Virus record (IMG/VR): IMGVR_UViG_3300010354_000047
Location: 64,001 to 128,000 of that record
Source: a virus
Length of the DNA: 64,000 bases
Reading direction: 5' to 3' (one strand)
Below are positions 27,685 through 37,453 of this stretch, in pieces. The translations under genes were made by a program, and so were the position numbers. Below the pieces are notes generated by a model that saw nothing but the letters and a program-made list of their open reading frames with translations, searched no databases and was not told the DNA's origin. Each line of letters opens with the position of its first letter. Position 1 is the first letter of the stretch.

Positions 27685-30600
27685 ATGCCTCAACTTTGGC
27701 CGCTGGGTTACATAGAAAGCTGCATCAATCCTACAACTGGGCAACTTTGGCCTTTGTGGCCATACGGAGGGGAACCTTGCCCCGGCCCATCCACATGGGT
27801 GAGGCAAGTTTTCTCCTACCCTGTACTTCCGAGCCCCCCTGACCCTTGGCAGAATAACGTTATTGCGACTGACGAAGAGGGGGGTATCTATGTTTGGACC
27901 AGATTCGCAGCTATAGCTCCTAGTCCGACTTCTCACGGATGGGCAAATATCACGAAGTTTTCTGAAGATGGGTCCTTAGAATGGTCAAAGGACTTAAACA
28001 AAGACATTGGTATTGGTAATGAGTTCCCTCCCCTCCCAGGAATTCTGAGGGCGACTCCCGAGGGTGTTCTAATTGTAGCCTCAAATGCGCGAAATACTCA
28101 AGAAGGAGATCGAAATCCCTGCTATCTTATCTGTTTAAACAAGGAAACAGGAAACTTAAATTGGGCAAAGGCTATCACCCTTAACTTTGTTGGTTCTGAC
28201 GACAATTGCAAATTTGAGGGGTTGCTTGGTATCAACTCTGTAAACGGTAATATATATCTCGGCATTAAATACTATCCCCCGAGTAATTTTAGCGGGGGGG
28301 AATCACCTGGTTTAGTAACCCTTTCCTCAAATGGTTCGGCCATAAGCGCGATTAATCTGGGAATAGATTCTCCATGGTTCATATATTCGCAGTTCTCGGG
28401 AGTTCTCACAAAAGCAGATGGGTCGATTATTGCGTATGGAACGAAAGGTATTTATACAGGGGGGACAATTATCACCTCTGATACCAAGGGATATATTATT
28501 GGCTTGTCTGGTGATGGTTCTTCCACGAGTCCCTCATACTGGCTATACGGAAGTAATACGTCCGATGTTGACTTCACCTCTGGCGGAATTCTGTTGTCTA
28601 ATGGGGACATTCTACTAAGAGTATCAGGAGGTGAAGACGTTAGTAGAAGTCAGATTTGGATTGTCGATCCTTCAACTGGCGAGATTAAGACTAATGCAGT
28701 TCCGTACCATGGCGTGTCAAGTGCCCATTATCTGCAGGAGTTGCCAAGCGGAGAGATAATGGTCGCAGGGTGGATTTTTGGGACGGGAAAGACCGTGATC
28801 AACAATGGCTGGAGAACCTCCTCGAATCCGCAGTATCCAAGCAACTATTTTTCCGTTTATTCATCAGACCTCTCTCAAATAACAGCCTACAGGGAGGTGG
28901 GAATTAACCCGGGAACATTCAACGAAAGCGTTCGTAGCTTTAGCACTCCTAGTTTATCGACTGGTAGATACGTGGGAGCCCCACAATACCGGACTCCAGG
29001 TTTCGTCTCGTACACAACTCCTTACTTTTCCATAGTTTCTACCGATCTCAGCCCCATGGCTAGGAGGTATGCTACCCTTCCGGATTACACATCGTCTGGA
29101 TACGATTCGTATGTGAGATTTGCTAGCGCAACCACTAATCTTCCTGTTAGTGTTTCTGCTGGCTCGAACTACCCCCCTATAGTTACACTTCCTTCTCCTG
29201 CATCACCTTTATCGGCAAACGCCGTTGATCACGCCTCATCAATAGTTTTGACAGAAGGGACCATTGTCTGGGCCTTCTTCCAGGATGACGGTGGAATTAC
29301 CTGTGACACCTTACCATTTGAATGCGACATTGATGTCAATCCCTACTGTGAGACAGACTTTGGTGGTGCCTGGGCTAATTGCACAAGCATCACTTCCTTT
29401 CCATTTATGGATGTTGGCTCTGGAACGGACTTCGAGAGTGCGTGGAGCGGGTGCAGCAATATGTCTTCATTCCCCTCACTGGACGTTAGCTCCGGAACTA
29501 ATTTCCGTTACACCTGGAAAGATTGTTCAAGTTTGTCTAGCTTCCCCCAACTACATACAGGCTCTGGAACCGATTTTTCGTATGCTTGGCAGGGTTGTTC
29601 GGCTTTAACGACTTTTCCTTCTCTTGACGTAAGCTCCGGAACAAAATTTTCATACACTTGGTCAGGGTGTAGCACCTTGACTTCTTTTCCACTCCTGGAC
29701 GTTAGCTCAGGAACATGGTTCTTCGGTGCCTGGTCTGGTTGCAGTAATCTCACTTCCTTCCCCGTTCTAGATGTCAGCTCTGGAACATACTTTGACGCTG
29801 CCTGGCGCGACTGCTCCAGTCTAACTTCCTTTCCCTTTCTAGATCTGAGCTCAGGAATTAATTTCATTGGAACCTGGAAAGGCTGCTCAAGCCTGACGTC
29901 GTTTCCTCCAAACGTTTTCGACGACTGCACATTCGTTTATTCCTTTGAGGATGCCTGGAAGAACTGCGCTCTAAGTGAGGAAAGTGTGGATAATATTTTA
30001 GTCTCCCTCGATGCTTCCGGATTAAGTAATAATACAACAACTCTTGCTGGCGGGACATCGGCCGCTCCGGGTCCTGCAGGATTAGCAGCAAAAGCGTCCC
30101 TGGAAGCAAAAGGGTGGACAGTTTACGTGAATGGGGCTGTTCCTTGTGACCTCCCTCCCTACTATTGTGACACGAATGTGAACCCGAATTGTGTTACCGA
30201 CTTTAGCGATGCTTGGAAAGATTGCGATCTACTAACCTCCTTCCCAGAAATAGACGTAAGCTCAGGAACAAATTTCTATAGAACATGGTACGGTTGTCAA
30301 TCCCTCACCTCTTTCCCAACTTTAAACGTGAGCTCTGGAACAAACTTCAATACAGCTTGGGCTCTTTGTTTCAGCCTGACGTCTTTCCCCCTACTGGACA
30401 CCAGCTCAGGAACTAACTTCTTAGGTGCCTGGGGGCTCTGTCAGAGCTTAACTTCTTTTCCCGCCCTCGATTTCAGCTCAGGAACTAATTTCGAATTGGC
30501 ATGGTATAACTGCACTAGCCTCACGTCCTTCCCCTATATTGACATGGGTTCCGGAACTAATTTCGAATTCGCATGGGCTTACTGCGAAAACCTGAGCTCA

Positions 30601-30834
30601 TTCCCGGCGAATGTTTTTGACAATTGCTCCTATGTCTTCTCTTTCGAAGGAGCTTGGGAGGGTTGCGCCCTGGATCAAACTAGTGTAGACAACATTCTGA
30701 TCTCCCTCGATGTTTCCGGTCTTTTATACGGGAGTACTTCTCTTGCTGAAGGAACATCAGCGGCTCCGGGGCCAGCGGGATTGTCGGCTAAAGCATCCCT
30801 CGTGTCCAAAGGTTGGACAATCGCTACAAACTAA
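27685..30834 (+). CDS. Adhesin-like protein: probable beta-propeller plus BspA/DUF285-like 22-aa repeats
   Basis: Two blocks of SSGTxFxxAWxxCxxLTSFPxLDx repeats, each closed by CAL...SVDNIL.SLD.SGL...KGWT. Confidence 0.7.
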   Translation: MPQLWPLGYIESCINPTTGQLWPLWPYGGEPCPGPSTWVRQVFSYPVLPSPPDPWQNNVIATDEEGGIYVWTRFAAIAPSPTSHGWANITKFSEDGSLEWSKDLNKDIGIGNEFPPLPGILRATPEGVLIVASNARNTQEGDRNPCYLICLNKETGNLNWAKAITLNFVGSDDNCKFEGLLGINSVNGNIYLGIKYYPPSNFSGGESPGLVTLSSNGSAISAINLGIDSPWFIYSQFSGVLTKADGSIIAYGTKGIYTGGTIITSDTKGYIIGLSGDGSSTSPSYWLYGSNTSDVDFTSGGILLSNGDILLRVSGGEDVSRSQIWIVDPSTGEIKTNAVPYHGVSSAHYLQELPSGEIMVAGWIFGTGKTVINNGWRTSSNPQYPSNYFSVYSSDLSQITAYREVGINPGTFNESVRSFSTPSLSTGRYVGAPQYRTPGFVSYTTPYFSIVSTDLSPMARRYATLPDYTSSGYDSYVRFASATTNLPVSVSAGSNYPPIVTLPSPASPLSANAVDHASSIVLTEGTIVWAFFQDDGGITCDTLPFECDIDVNPYCETDFGGAWANCTSITSFPFMDVGSGTDFESAWSGCSNMSSFPSLDVSSGTNFRYTWKDCSSLSSFPQLHTGSGTDFSYAWQGCSALTTFPSLDVSSGTKFSYTWSGCSTLTSFPLLDVSSGTWFFGAWSGCSNLTSFPVLDVSSGTYFDAAWRDCSSLTSFPFLDLSSGINFIGTWKGCSSLTSFPPNVFDDCTFVYSFEDAWKNCALSEESVDNILVSLDASGLSNNTTTLAGGTSAAPGPAGLAAKASLEAKGWTVYVNGAVPCDLPPYYCDTNVNPNCVTDFSDAWKDCDLLTSFPEIDVSSGTNFYRTWYGCQSLTSFPTLNVSSGTNFNTAWALCFSLTSFPLLDTSSGTNFLGAWGLCQSLTSFPALDFSSGTNFELAWYNCTSLTSFPYIDMGSGTNFEFAWAYCENLSSFPANVFDNCSYVFSFEGAWEGCALDQTSVDNILISLDVSGLLYGSTSLAEGTSAAPGPAGLSAKASLVSKGWTIATN

Positions 30835-30843
30835 GCCATTGTG

Positions 30844-31602
30844 TTAAAAGTCGAGAGAGAGCTCCTCAGAGTCCTTTCTAGAAAAACTTCCAAATAAATC
30901 TTTCGGGGTCTGGTATCCCTCGTTTCCCTTTGATCGATTAGCAGAGGAGCAAACTAAGGAGTAACATGCCTTTCCCTTATGATACGTCTTCCACTCCTTC
31001 CAGAGATTTTCGTCTTTAAATCTTCGTGAAGTCGGGGGTCCTACCAAAGGAATATCTGTGTAACAAAGGGACTGCAGACGCAGGAAAGAGTCGGCGATCT
31101 CGTTAAAGGAGAGCCCAACGTGATCCACATCAGTCCGCATACCTTTTCGAATGCTTTTTCCCGTAAGATAGCATGTGATTGGCAAAACAACTGAGTCTCT
31201 ATATTCTTTTAGTTGGTAACCTATACCTCCTCGCATCGCAGATTTTACTGCGTTGTAATGCTTTTCCTCTAGAGTGGCAGAGGTTGCAATTTTCTTACTC
31301 GGGTAGAGAGCCTCAATTAGTTTAGCCTTTGACACTGGTTGTTTCGTTCCCCCCCTTTCAAGAGATATCATTTTCACACGGCGACCTCCTGCAATGTCTA
31401 CATTGCGCAAGTACACCGAAACTTCTGAGTCATTCGCGAGTTTTGACCACGTGTGGGAGAGGCGGCAGGATCTCAAGACGAATTCTTTTGGCTCCCCGAT
31501 GAGCCTTGTGTTTATTCGATGATTTTCCAGGATTTTCGATAACTTTTCTGTATAGTCCTTTTTCGTGATCCCGAAAGTCTGCTTTCCGATTGTTTCTGGC
31601 AT
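30844..31602 (-). CDS. Hypothetical protein with a possible HNH-like nuclease motif
   Basis: CYLTG...DVDHVG and LVCSSANRSKG separated by a long insert. Confidence 0.5.
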   Translation of the reverse strand: MPETIGKQTFGITKKDYTEKLSKILENHRINTRLIGEPKEFVLRSCRLSHTWSKLANDSEVSVYLRNVDIAGGRRVKMISLERGGTKQPVSKAKLIEALYPSKKIATSATLEEKHYNAVKSAMRGGIGYQLKEYRDSVVLPITCYLTGKSIRKGMRTDVDHVGLSFNEIADSFLRLQSLCYTDIPLVGPPTSRRFKDENLWKEWKTYHKGKACYSLVCSSANRSKGNEGYQTPKDLFGSFSRKDSEELSLDF

Positions 31603-31676
31603 CTAGGGTGTGTGTTTGCTACAAAACTTTACCCAGACTACCCCCTGCTAAACTAAACCAAGAGTTCAAGTCTTTA

Positions 31677-32042
31677 GTGAAAAATGAAAACTCGGTCATT
31701 CGCCAACGGGAGGACCTAAAGTTCTTAAAAGGGGCTCAGGTAGAATGTTCGGGAAGGGTTCGAGAGTTTCGTGAACACGCAAAGAGACGTGATCTAGACT
31801 CAATTTGTCTTGTCAATATTATCATTACACCTATTCCCTTTGGGGAATCCATTTACGTAGATCATTTATGGGTTCTTCGAAAACAGTTTCAGAAACTTGG
31901 AAGGGTCCCGGACCGAAACGAGAGAGTTCAGTTTCTTGGGCAGGTGTACTCTTACAGACGCCTCGGAGGGAAGTCTATCGACCGAGGACTATACGGACTA
32001 CAAGACTACGGGGTTAACCCCTTATCTTACCTTTTAACATGA
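31677..32042 (+). CDS. Hypothetical protein
   Basis: ORF 31590..32042; GTG 31677 chosen because it follows the putative promoter at 31628-31654. Confidence 0.55.
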   Translation: MKNENSVIRQREDLKFLKGAQVECSGRVREFREHAKRRDLDSICLVNIIITPIPFGESIYVDHLWVLRKQFQKLGRVPDRNERVQFLGQVYSYRRLGGKSIDRGLYGLQDYGVNPLSYLLT

Positions 32043-32287
32043 AGATTACAATCCAGAGTCACAAGTCTGAGGGAAAAGAAGTTTTTGAATTCACTCTACA
32101 GGACGGTCCCGAAGACCGGGAGAAGATTCGAGGCTACGCAACAGACTTGATAGTCGTCTTCTCGAAGCTGATTGAGTGGACCGAGAGGATCTCTGCGGAT
32201 TACCGGGAGCAAGAGGAGCAAGCGCCCAGTATACCGTCGGATGGGTTTGGCTATGCTGGGAACGAAGGGTCCAACCCCTTCGAGTAA
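32039..32287 (+). CDS. Hypothetical protein
   Basis: 82 aa; ATGA overlap. Confidence 0.55.
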   Translation: MKITIQSHKSEGKEVFEFTLQDGPEDREKIRGYATDLIVVFSKLIEWTERISADYREQEEQAPSIPSDGFGYAGNEGSNPFE

Positions 32288-32298
32288 ACACTTGAAAA

Positions 32299-32919
32299 AT
32301 GAAACCCACAGAACTCGAGTTTCGCGAACTTAAAACAAAAGCCTCCACATGGGCCCAAGAACGATTGTCTGATGATAAAACTGTACTCATTGACTGTGAG
32401 ACTACAGGAATTCTGAAGAACGATCCCACTACAGAAATTGTCCAACTCTCCGTAATAAACATTTTCGGAAGACCGTTGTTTTCCATGCTGATTAAGCCTG
32501 CTCAACCGATGAAGCAAGAGCTGGTTAACATCCACGGTATCTCAAACGAAATGGTGTCGGATTGTCCGACATTCCCCCAAGTGGCCAGAATGATTTCGTT
32601 CATCCTTGAGGGAAAGCATGTAGTCGCTTATAATGCCGACTTTGACATCGCTCTTCTAGTCCACCTCTTCAAGAAATACGATCTAACCCCTCCGAAGTTC
32701 GCGGGGGCAAGTTGCTGTATGGATCGTTACTCGGAATGGGTTGGTGAATGGAACTCTTCGAAAGAAGGTATACGTTGGCAGAAACTTCCAAACCTCTCGG
32801 GTCTTCCTGCTCACGACGCTATGTCTGATTGTCTATCCACTCTAAAAGTCATGGAGCTTATGTCCAAAGGCTTGAGTCTTGCCGACATTAACTCTGAAGA
32901 AATCTCCCTCAACTTTTGA
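32299..32919 (+). CDS. DEDDh 3'-5' exonuclease (DnaQ-like)
   Basis: IDCETTG, IHGI, AYNADFD, HDAMSDC. Confidence 0.9.
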   Translation: MKPTELEFRELKTKASTWAQERLSDDKTVLIDCETTGILKNDPTTEIVQLSVINIFGRPLFSMLIKPAQPMKQELVNIHGISNEMVSDCPTFPQVARMISFILEGKHVVAYNADFDIALLVHLFKKYDLTPPKFAGASCCMDRYSEWVGEWNSSKEGIRWQKLPNLSGLPAHDAMSDCLSTLKVMELMSKGLSLADINSEEISLNF

Positions 32920-33125
32920 AAATGTTCGGAACCTACACTTTTGAATATATTCCTGACTCCGCACAGGAAGGGGCAGGGGACGGACTCAGTGTCCGCTTCA
33001 CTTTTCCTGGTGATACAGACCTTCCGAAAATGTTGGCCTACTTTGAGGCATTCCTTCGAGCCAACGGCTATTTGCTGCCCGACAGATCTAGATTGGCGGT
33101 AACGGAGGAAAGCGATGCAGAATGA
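32916..33125 (+). CDS. Hypothetical protein
   Basis: 69-aa ORF within the operon (FEAFLRANGY). Confidence 0.5.
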   Translation: MKMFGTYTFEYIPDSAQEGAGDGLSVRFTFPGDTDLPKMLAYFEAFLRANGYLLPDRSRLAVTEESDAE

Positions 33126-33939
33126 AAATCCTTGGTTTATTGAAGACTCCTGTAAATCGCGGCTCGTCACGGCAACTCCGAACGCAGAAGAACACATTGC
33201 TTACGTGGCTCGAGTCACAAGCAAGGACCAGTCCAACCCCAAAATTGAAAAACTTCTTGGGTATTGCGCGAAAGAAGGCCACTGGAGCGTTTTTGAGCAA
33301 GCTAGCATGACTGTCGAGGTTGTGACTCCTCTCGCGATCTCAATTCAGGCTCTACGGCACAGATCTTTTTGCTACCAGCAGTTTTCAGGGAGGTATGAGG
33401 ATCAAAGTTTCATGAGTAACTACACTCAGGACCTTTCTTCCTATCGGAATCTTTTCTACCTTCCAACTGAGGCCCGAACTCAGGATGCCAAGAATCGACA
33501 GAACAGTATCGTGTCTAACGACTCTGATCTGACAGACTTCATGTGGGGAGAGTTTGAATCCGCGTATCACGCATCGATTCAAGCCTACGAGAGTTTACTT
33601 CGAAGGGGGATCGCGAAGGAACTTGCTCGCTTTGTTCTCCCTGAAGGTGTTTTCACTCGACTGTACATCACTGGAAACGTTCGCTCTTTCATTCACTACA
33701 TTAATGTAAGAGAGGATGAAGGTGTGGCCCAGTGGGAGCATGTTGAATTGGCAAAGACAATTCGAACAGTGTTTTCTACTCAGTTTCCTACCATCTACGG
33801 GGCTTTGTTTAACCGAAGAACAGGAAAGCTAAAAATTCGAGATAAAGACTACGAGAGAGAAATCGAAAGCCTAAAGGGCGAAGTTTCTCAACTAAGGGCC
33901 GAAGTTTCCCTTCTTCTTGATCAACTGCAGATGTCATGA
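33115..33939 (+). CDS. thyX: Flavin-dependent thymidylate synthase
   Basis: GHWSVFEQ, RHRSFCYQQFSGRY (RHRx7SxR), KELARFVLP, AQWE. Confidence 0.95.
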   Translation: MQNENPWFIEDSCKSRLVTATPNAEEHIAYVARVTSKDQSNPKIEKLLGYCAKEGHWSVFEQASMTVEVVTPLAISIQALRHRSFCYQQFSGRYEDQSFMSNYTQDLSSYRNLFYLPTEARTQDAKNRQNSIVSNDSDLTDFMWGEFESAYHASIQAYESLLRRGIAKELARFVLPEGVFTRLYITGNVRSFIHYINVREDEGVAQWEHVELAKTIRTVFSTQFPTIYGALFNRRTGKLKIRDKDYEREIESLKGEVSQLRAEVSLLLDQLQMS

Positions 33940-34163
33940 ACAATCAAATTGTCAAAGGGTTCTGGAAAATTGCTGAGGATTCCCCCTCTCAGGACAAAGA
34001 GTATATAGTTGTTTTTCCAGACTCCTCGGGAATGTATTCCACTTTTGATTGCGACGTTTGGGAGTTTCGGTCGGGAGAGTGGAGAAGTCTCCCTAATTCC
34101 AGATTTTTAGAGGAGGAGGTAGGACTTCCCACTTTCTACATTGACCTTCCAATGCCGAAGTGA
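33936..34163 (+). CDS. Hypothetical protein
   Basis: 75 aa; ATGA overlap with thyX. Confidence 0.55.
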   Translation: MNNQIVKGFWKIAEDSPSQDKEYIVVFPDSSGMYSTFDCDVWEFRSGEWRSLPNSRFLEEEVGLPTFYIDLPMPK

Positions 34164-34167
34164 GGTA

Positions 34168-34195
34168 GTTTACGAGACTCAAATAAACCTATACT
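34168..34195 (+). promoter_or_regulatory. GTTTAC-N16/17-TA[TA]A[CG]T putative middle promoter (representative of five copies)
   Basis: Copies at 31628-31654, 34168-34195, 42966-42993, 50027-50055 and 57072-57099, each directly upstream of a gene start. Confidence 0.7.
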
Positions 34196-34219
34196 GGATT
34201 TGATTAACACTTAGCGTGC

Positions 34220-35203
34220 ATGACGGAAAGTCAACTAGAAAGACCGAAGCTTGAGAGCTTTTTCAAACTTGGGAACAACCCCCAACCCGTCATTGTAGTT
34301 GACTTCCACGTCTACCTCCATGATGTTCGGAAATGGTTTGAAGAAAAGATTCAAGGAACTCTTGATCCGGAAGTCGAGGATAAGTTGATAAAGGGCTGTT
34401 GGGCACTTAAGATAAATCGCGGTCCAGACATGTTACCTCGACACTCTTATCGAGTTGTTGTTGTAGCGGACAGCCGGTACCGGGATACCGACAACTATTG
34501 GCGCGATCGATTTATGAGAAGATCGGCCGAAGTTCAGACTGCCTGGTTTAACTACGCACAGAGTCAAGGGAAAGATCTTTCTGAGATACCCACTCACTAC
34601 AAGGGTACGAGAGGGGAAAAGACAGAGACATTCTGGAGAATTTTCAGAATCGGGTGGGAGTACGTCAACGCCTACTTTCCCGTCTTCTCTCTTGAAGGAT
34701 ATGAGGCTGACGATATTGCGGGAGCAATCTACCGTTTATCTCGAGACAGCTCTTCTGATAGCATTGTTCGAAAGAGGCAGATTCTTCTTTCCACTCTTGA
34801 CCGAGACTGGTCTCAGCTAGTTGACGAAAGTCATAATGTCTTCTTTGCGAATACTCGAGTCCCTTTTCCCAGGGAAAAAATACAAGAGCGACTCGTAGGA
34901 AATCAGGGGGTAATCGAGCACACAAAGCACCGTTTGGGTTTTGACCTAGATCACCCTAAGAATTTGGCTGACTGGAAAGTGAAGGCGGGTGACCTTGGAG
35001 ATAATCTCCCTCCAAACTCCCCGAAGTGTCTTTTTGATCTATGTGAGCCCCATACAGAGTTTGTGATCGAGAAAGCAGCCCCATGGTACGGAGATCTAGA
35101 AGAGTGCTTGAATAATCCTAATCCCAACATTCGAGACGACCACTTTGAGCAGACTATTCGGCAGTTTGTTAAGATAGGACTTGAGCCACCAATAAAGCTC
35201 TAA
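34220..35203 (+). CDS. 5'-3' exonuclease/RNase H (FEN/PolA N-terminal-like)
   Basis: VVDF, YKGTR, GYEADDIAG, TLDRDWSQL, GDLGDNLP. Confidence 0.85.
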   Translation: MTESQLERPKLESFFKLGNNPQPVIVVDFHVYLHDVRKWFEEKIQGTLDPEVEDKLIKGCWALKINRGPDMLPRHSYRVVVVADSRYRDTDNYWRDRFMRRSAEVQTAWFNYAQSQGKDLSEIPTHYKGTRGEKTETFWRIFRIGWEYVNAYFPVFSLEGYEADDIAGAIYRLSRDSSSDSIVRKRQILLSTLDRDWSQLVDESHNVFFANTRVPFPREKIQERLVGNQGVIEHTKHRLGFDLDHPKNLADWKVKAGDLGDNLPPNSPKCLFDLCEPHTEFVIEKAAPWYGDLEECLNNPNPNIRDDHFEQTIRQFVKIGLEPPIKL

Positions 35204-35238
35204 AGAGCGGGTAAAACTGAATAGTTCAAGTCCCTAGA

Positions 35239-35907
35239 ATGCAATCGGATCTTGCATATCTGTCCCAGTACCCTTTGATGTTTGATCTTCTGTATCAAGC
35301 GTCAGGGGGTGATTTGGCATCGATACCGAGCCATTACTTGCAAAACTTTACCCATACGTATCGAGACGGAGACATTTCCTTAATCCCTGCTAGTTCAAAA
35401 CTGGAGGACTTTCGCGAATTAAATCCTGAGGAGCGGGAAGAAGTTCTAGAAGTTCTTCACAAGCAAAACCCAAACCACTGGCCGAATCCTGAGAAGATTA
35501 CAAGAATTGATCCGGTTGCCCTTCTCAAGGAGGTGGATAGTTACGACGAAAGTTTAGAGTTCGTTGAGGACAATCTAGGGACCGCTGAGAAGGTTGAAAA
35601 AGTCTTAAAGACTGTGATCGAAAGTGTCTTCGGAGACAAAGTTCACAGTATTCGTGACCGAAGAGGGAAATACCCCTCGAGCGGAAACAACTTCCTACAG
35701 GAGGACGACGGAACATTTGCAGGACTCTTCAACCATGAACACTTCCAGTTTCACTTTGAGATAGCCCCGACAGAACTCGGGTGGATTTGTACCTATCGCC
35801 TTGAAGAGAAGACATTAGACGGAATTCCTGAGAAGGTGAAAGATAAGAAGAGAGACGATAAGAAATTTGAAGAGTACAAAAGAGTAAGGACAAAGGGCTG
35901 GAGGTAA
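35239..35907 (+). CDS. Hypothetical protein (probably late)
   Basis: 222 aa; GGGTAAA 30 nt upstream. Confidence 0.6.
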   Translation: MQSDLAYLSQYPLMFDLLYQASGGDLASIPSHYLQNFTHTYRDGDISLIPASSKLEDFRELNPEEREEVLEVLHKQNPNHWPNPEKITRIDPVALLKEVDSYDESLEFVEDNLGTAEKVEKVLKTVIESVFGDKVHSIRDRRGKYPSSGNNFLQEDDGTFAGLFNHEHFQFHFEIAPTELGWICTYRLEEKTLDGIPEKVKDKKRDDKKFEEYKRVRTKGWR

Positions 35908-35908
35908 T

Positions 35909-37336
35909 ATGGCATTCTCGGGTCCTATTCCGATGGTTCAGGTTTCTTCAAACTCGTCCATCAATAACTTTCTAGGGGGGCTTCTGAACAATGTTGTAGG
36001 GGGCGCAGTAAATGTTGCCTTAAGCCCCGTCTTATCTAAGCAGTGGTTGAACACTCTGGGATTCAGTTCTTTAGCGCCTGAAAACCTTCTAGGTGCTATT
36101 GTGACCCCTGGCCTTCTTGATCTCGGAAATCAGGCTATTACTCAAACCCTCACCAACTCTCTTCTAAACTCAGGAGCTTTCGGCCCGGGAAGTTCTTTGG
36201 TTCAGGGCATCATCTCCCCTGCGATCGGCAACCTCTCTCAAGGTCTACTCGGAAGCTTGCTTCCGAATTACCAATCTAACCCGAACAAGTACTTTCCAGG
36301 GGCTGGCGACGAACCTGATGCGGATTATGGTGGATCTGTCTATAACTTGGGTCAAAATGGACCGGACGTGGTATTCTCAATCAAACCAGCGGTGATGGGT
36401 TCCAAGAGCGAAGTTGTTAACCAGATTAACGGAAATGGCCCCGGAGGGGTTCCCCCGACCGTATCTTCTAATCTGTCTCTACCGAGTTCGAGCGGAAAGC
36501 TAGGGACTCCGAAATCCGATTACTCTAAGTCCTTTCAAACTGCTGCCACTAACCGTCTAAACGTCGAGTACTCTGCTGATGCCGCCACATTCACGGATCC
36601 AGGAAGTCCGTTAGGTTCCCCCAACTTGTTCAAAAGTTTCTCAAAAATACCCCTGGATCTGGCGTTTTCGTCGAATTTAGAACTCCCTATATCTTCGGGA
36701 AATACTCAGACAGAAGGTGTAGCTTGGAACTTTATATGTGCTCCGGAGGAAATCTCGTGGGAGACTTCTGCTCAAGTGGATCGAATCCAGATATTCGGCA
36801 CGAACTTTGCCCCTGTTATCTCCGGTAGCAGAGGTATGCGTGAACTCTCTATTTCCAATGCTTTGGTAGAAGGCTTTTCTCGTGGTAAGAGTGTTGAGAA
36901 GAAGGTTACGGACTTGGAGAAGCTTTTAAACTTTTCTCTTGATACCTCTCGAAGCTACGTGAAAGTTCCCGTTTACTGGATTCAAGCTAACGACAAAAAA
37001 TATGGAGACATTGACGGAGGTTGTTTTGTAATCAAAGACATCAAGGTTAAAGAGGAGATGCGAGATCTAACGGGTTTAACTACACGGGCAACGGTTGATA
37101 TTTCTTTCACGCAGGTTCCGAGTTACCAAGTAGACGACGGAAGGGACATCGCAAGTAAAACTGTTTCGGGAGCAACTTCTGATCTCGCAGAACCAGGACG
37201 GAAGGTTTCAGCGGCCATGGCAGCCCAAGCAAATCAAAGAGTTGACCCCAAGAATCCCTCTTCCCCACCTGTCCCTTCCGGGGCGAAAACGGGATCTGCA
37301 GGAAAAGGGGCCGGGAGAGGTGACTCTAAGAAATAG
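35909..37336 (+). CDS. Probable tail/baseplate protein (tube-initiator-like C-terminal domain)
   Basis: FICAPEEISW...FVIKDIKVKEEMRD..G...RATVDISFTQ; adjacent to the tape measure gene. Confidence 0.45.
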   Translation: MAFSGPIPMVQVSSNSSINNFLGGLLNNVVGGAVNVALSPVLSKQWLNTLGFSSLAPENLLGAIVTPGLLDLGNQAITQTLTNSLLNSGAFGPGSSLVQGIISPAIGNLSQGLLGSLLPNYQSNPNKYFPGAGDEPDADYGGSVYNLGQNGPDVVFSIKPAVMGSKSEVVNQINGNGPGGVPPTVSSNLSLPSSSGKLGTPKSDYSKSFQTAATNRLNVEYSADAATFTDPGSPLGSPNLFKSFSKIPLDLAFSSNLELPISSGNTQTEGVAWNFICAPEEISWETSAQVDRIQIFGTNFAPVISGSRGMRELSISNALVEGFSRGKSVEKKVTDLEKLLNFSLDTSRSYVKVPVYWIQANDKKYGDIDGGCFVIKDIKVKEEMRDLTGLTTRATVDISFTQVPSYQVDDGRDIASKTVSGATSDLAEPGRKVSAAMAAQANQRVDPKNPSSPPVPSGAKTGSAGKGAGRGDSKK

Positions 37337-37453
37337 AATGTGAATTTTAGGTTAGTCTCACAGAGGAGATCTGACAAGGTAGTTCAAGGTTAGATGGTCG
37401 GTTCGACAGGGTAAGTTCACCTATAACCCCGCAGAACTTGGCCGAGTAGAATA

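Noticed and set aside
29350-30660. CRISPR array or DGR in the 66-nt periodic repeats
   Set aside because: Repeats are in frame, vary at synonymous sites and encode a 22-aa protein repeat. No spacers and no reverse transcriptase are present.
37337-37453. tRNA suggested by GGTTCGA near 37400
   Set aside because: No cloverleaf stems could be built; the region instead holds a GGGTAAG motif.
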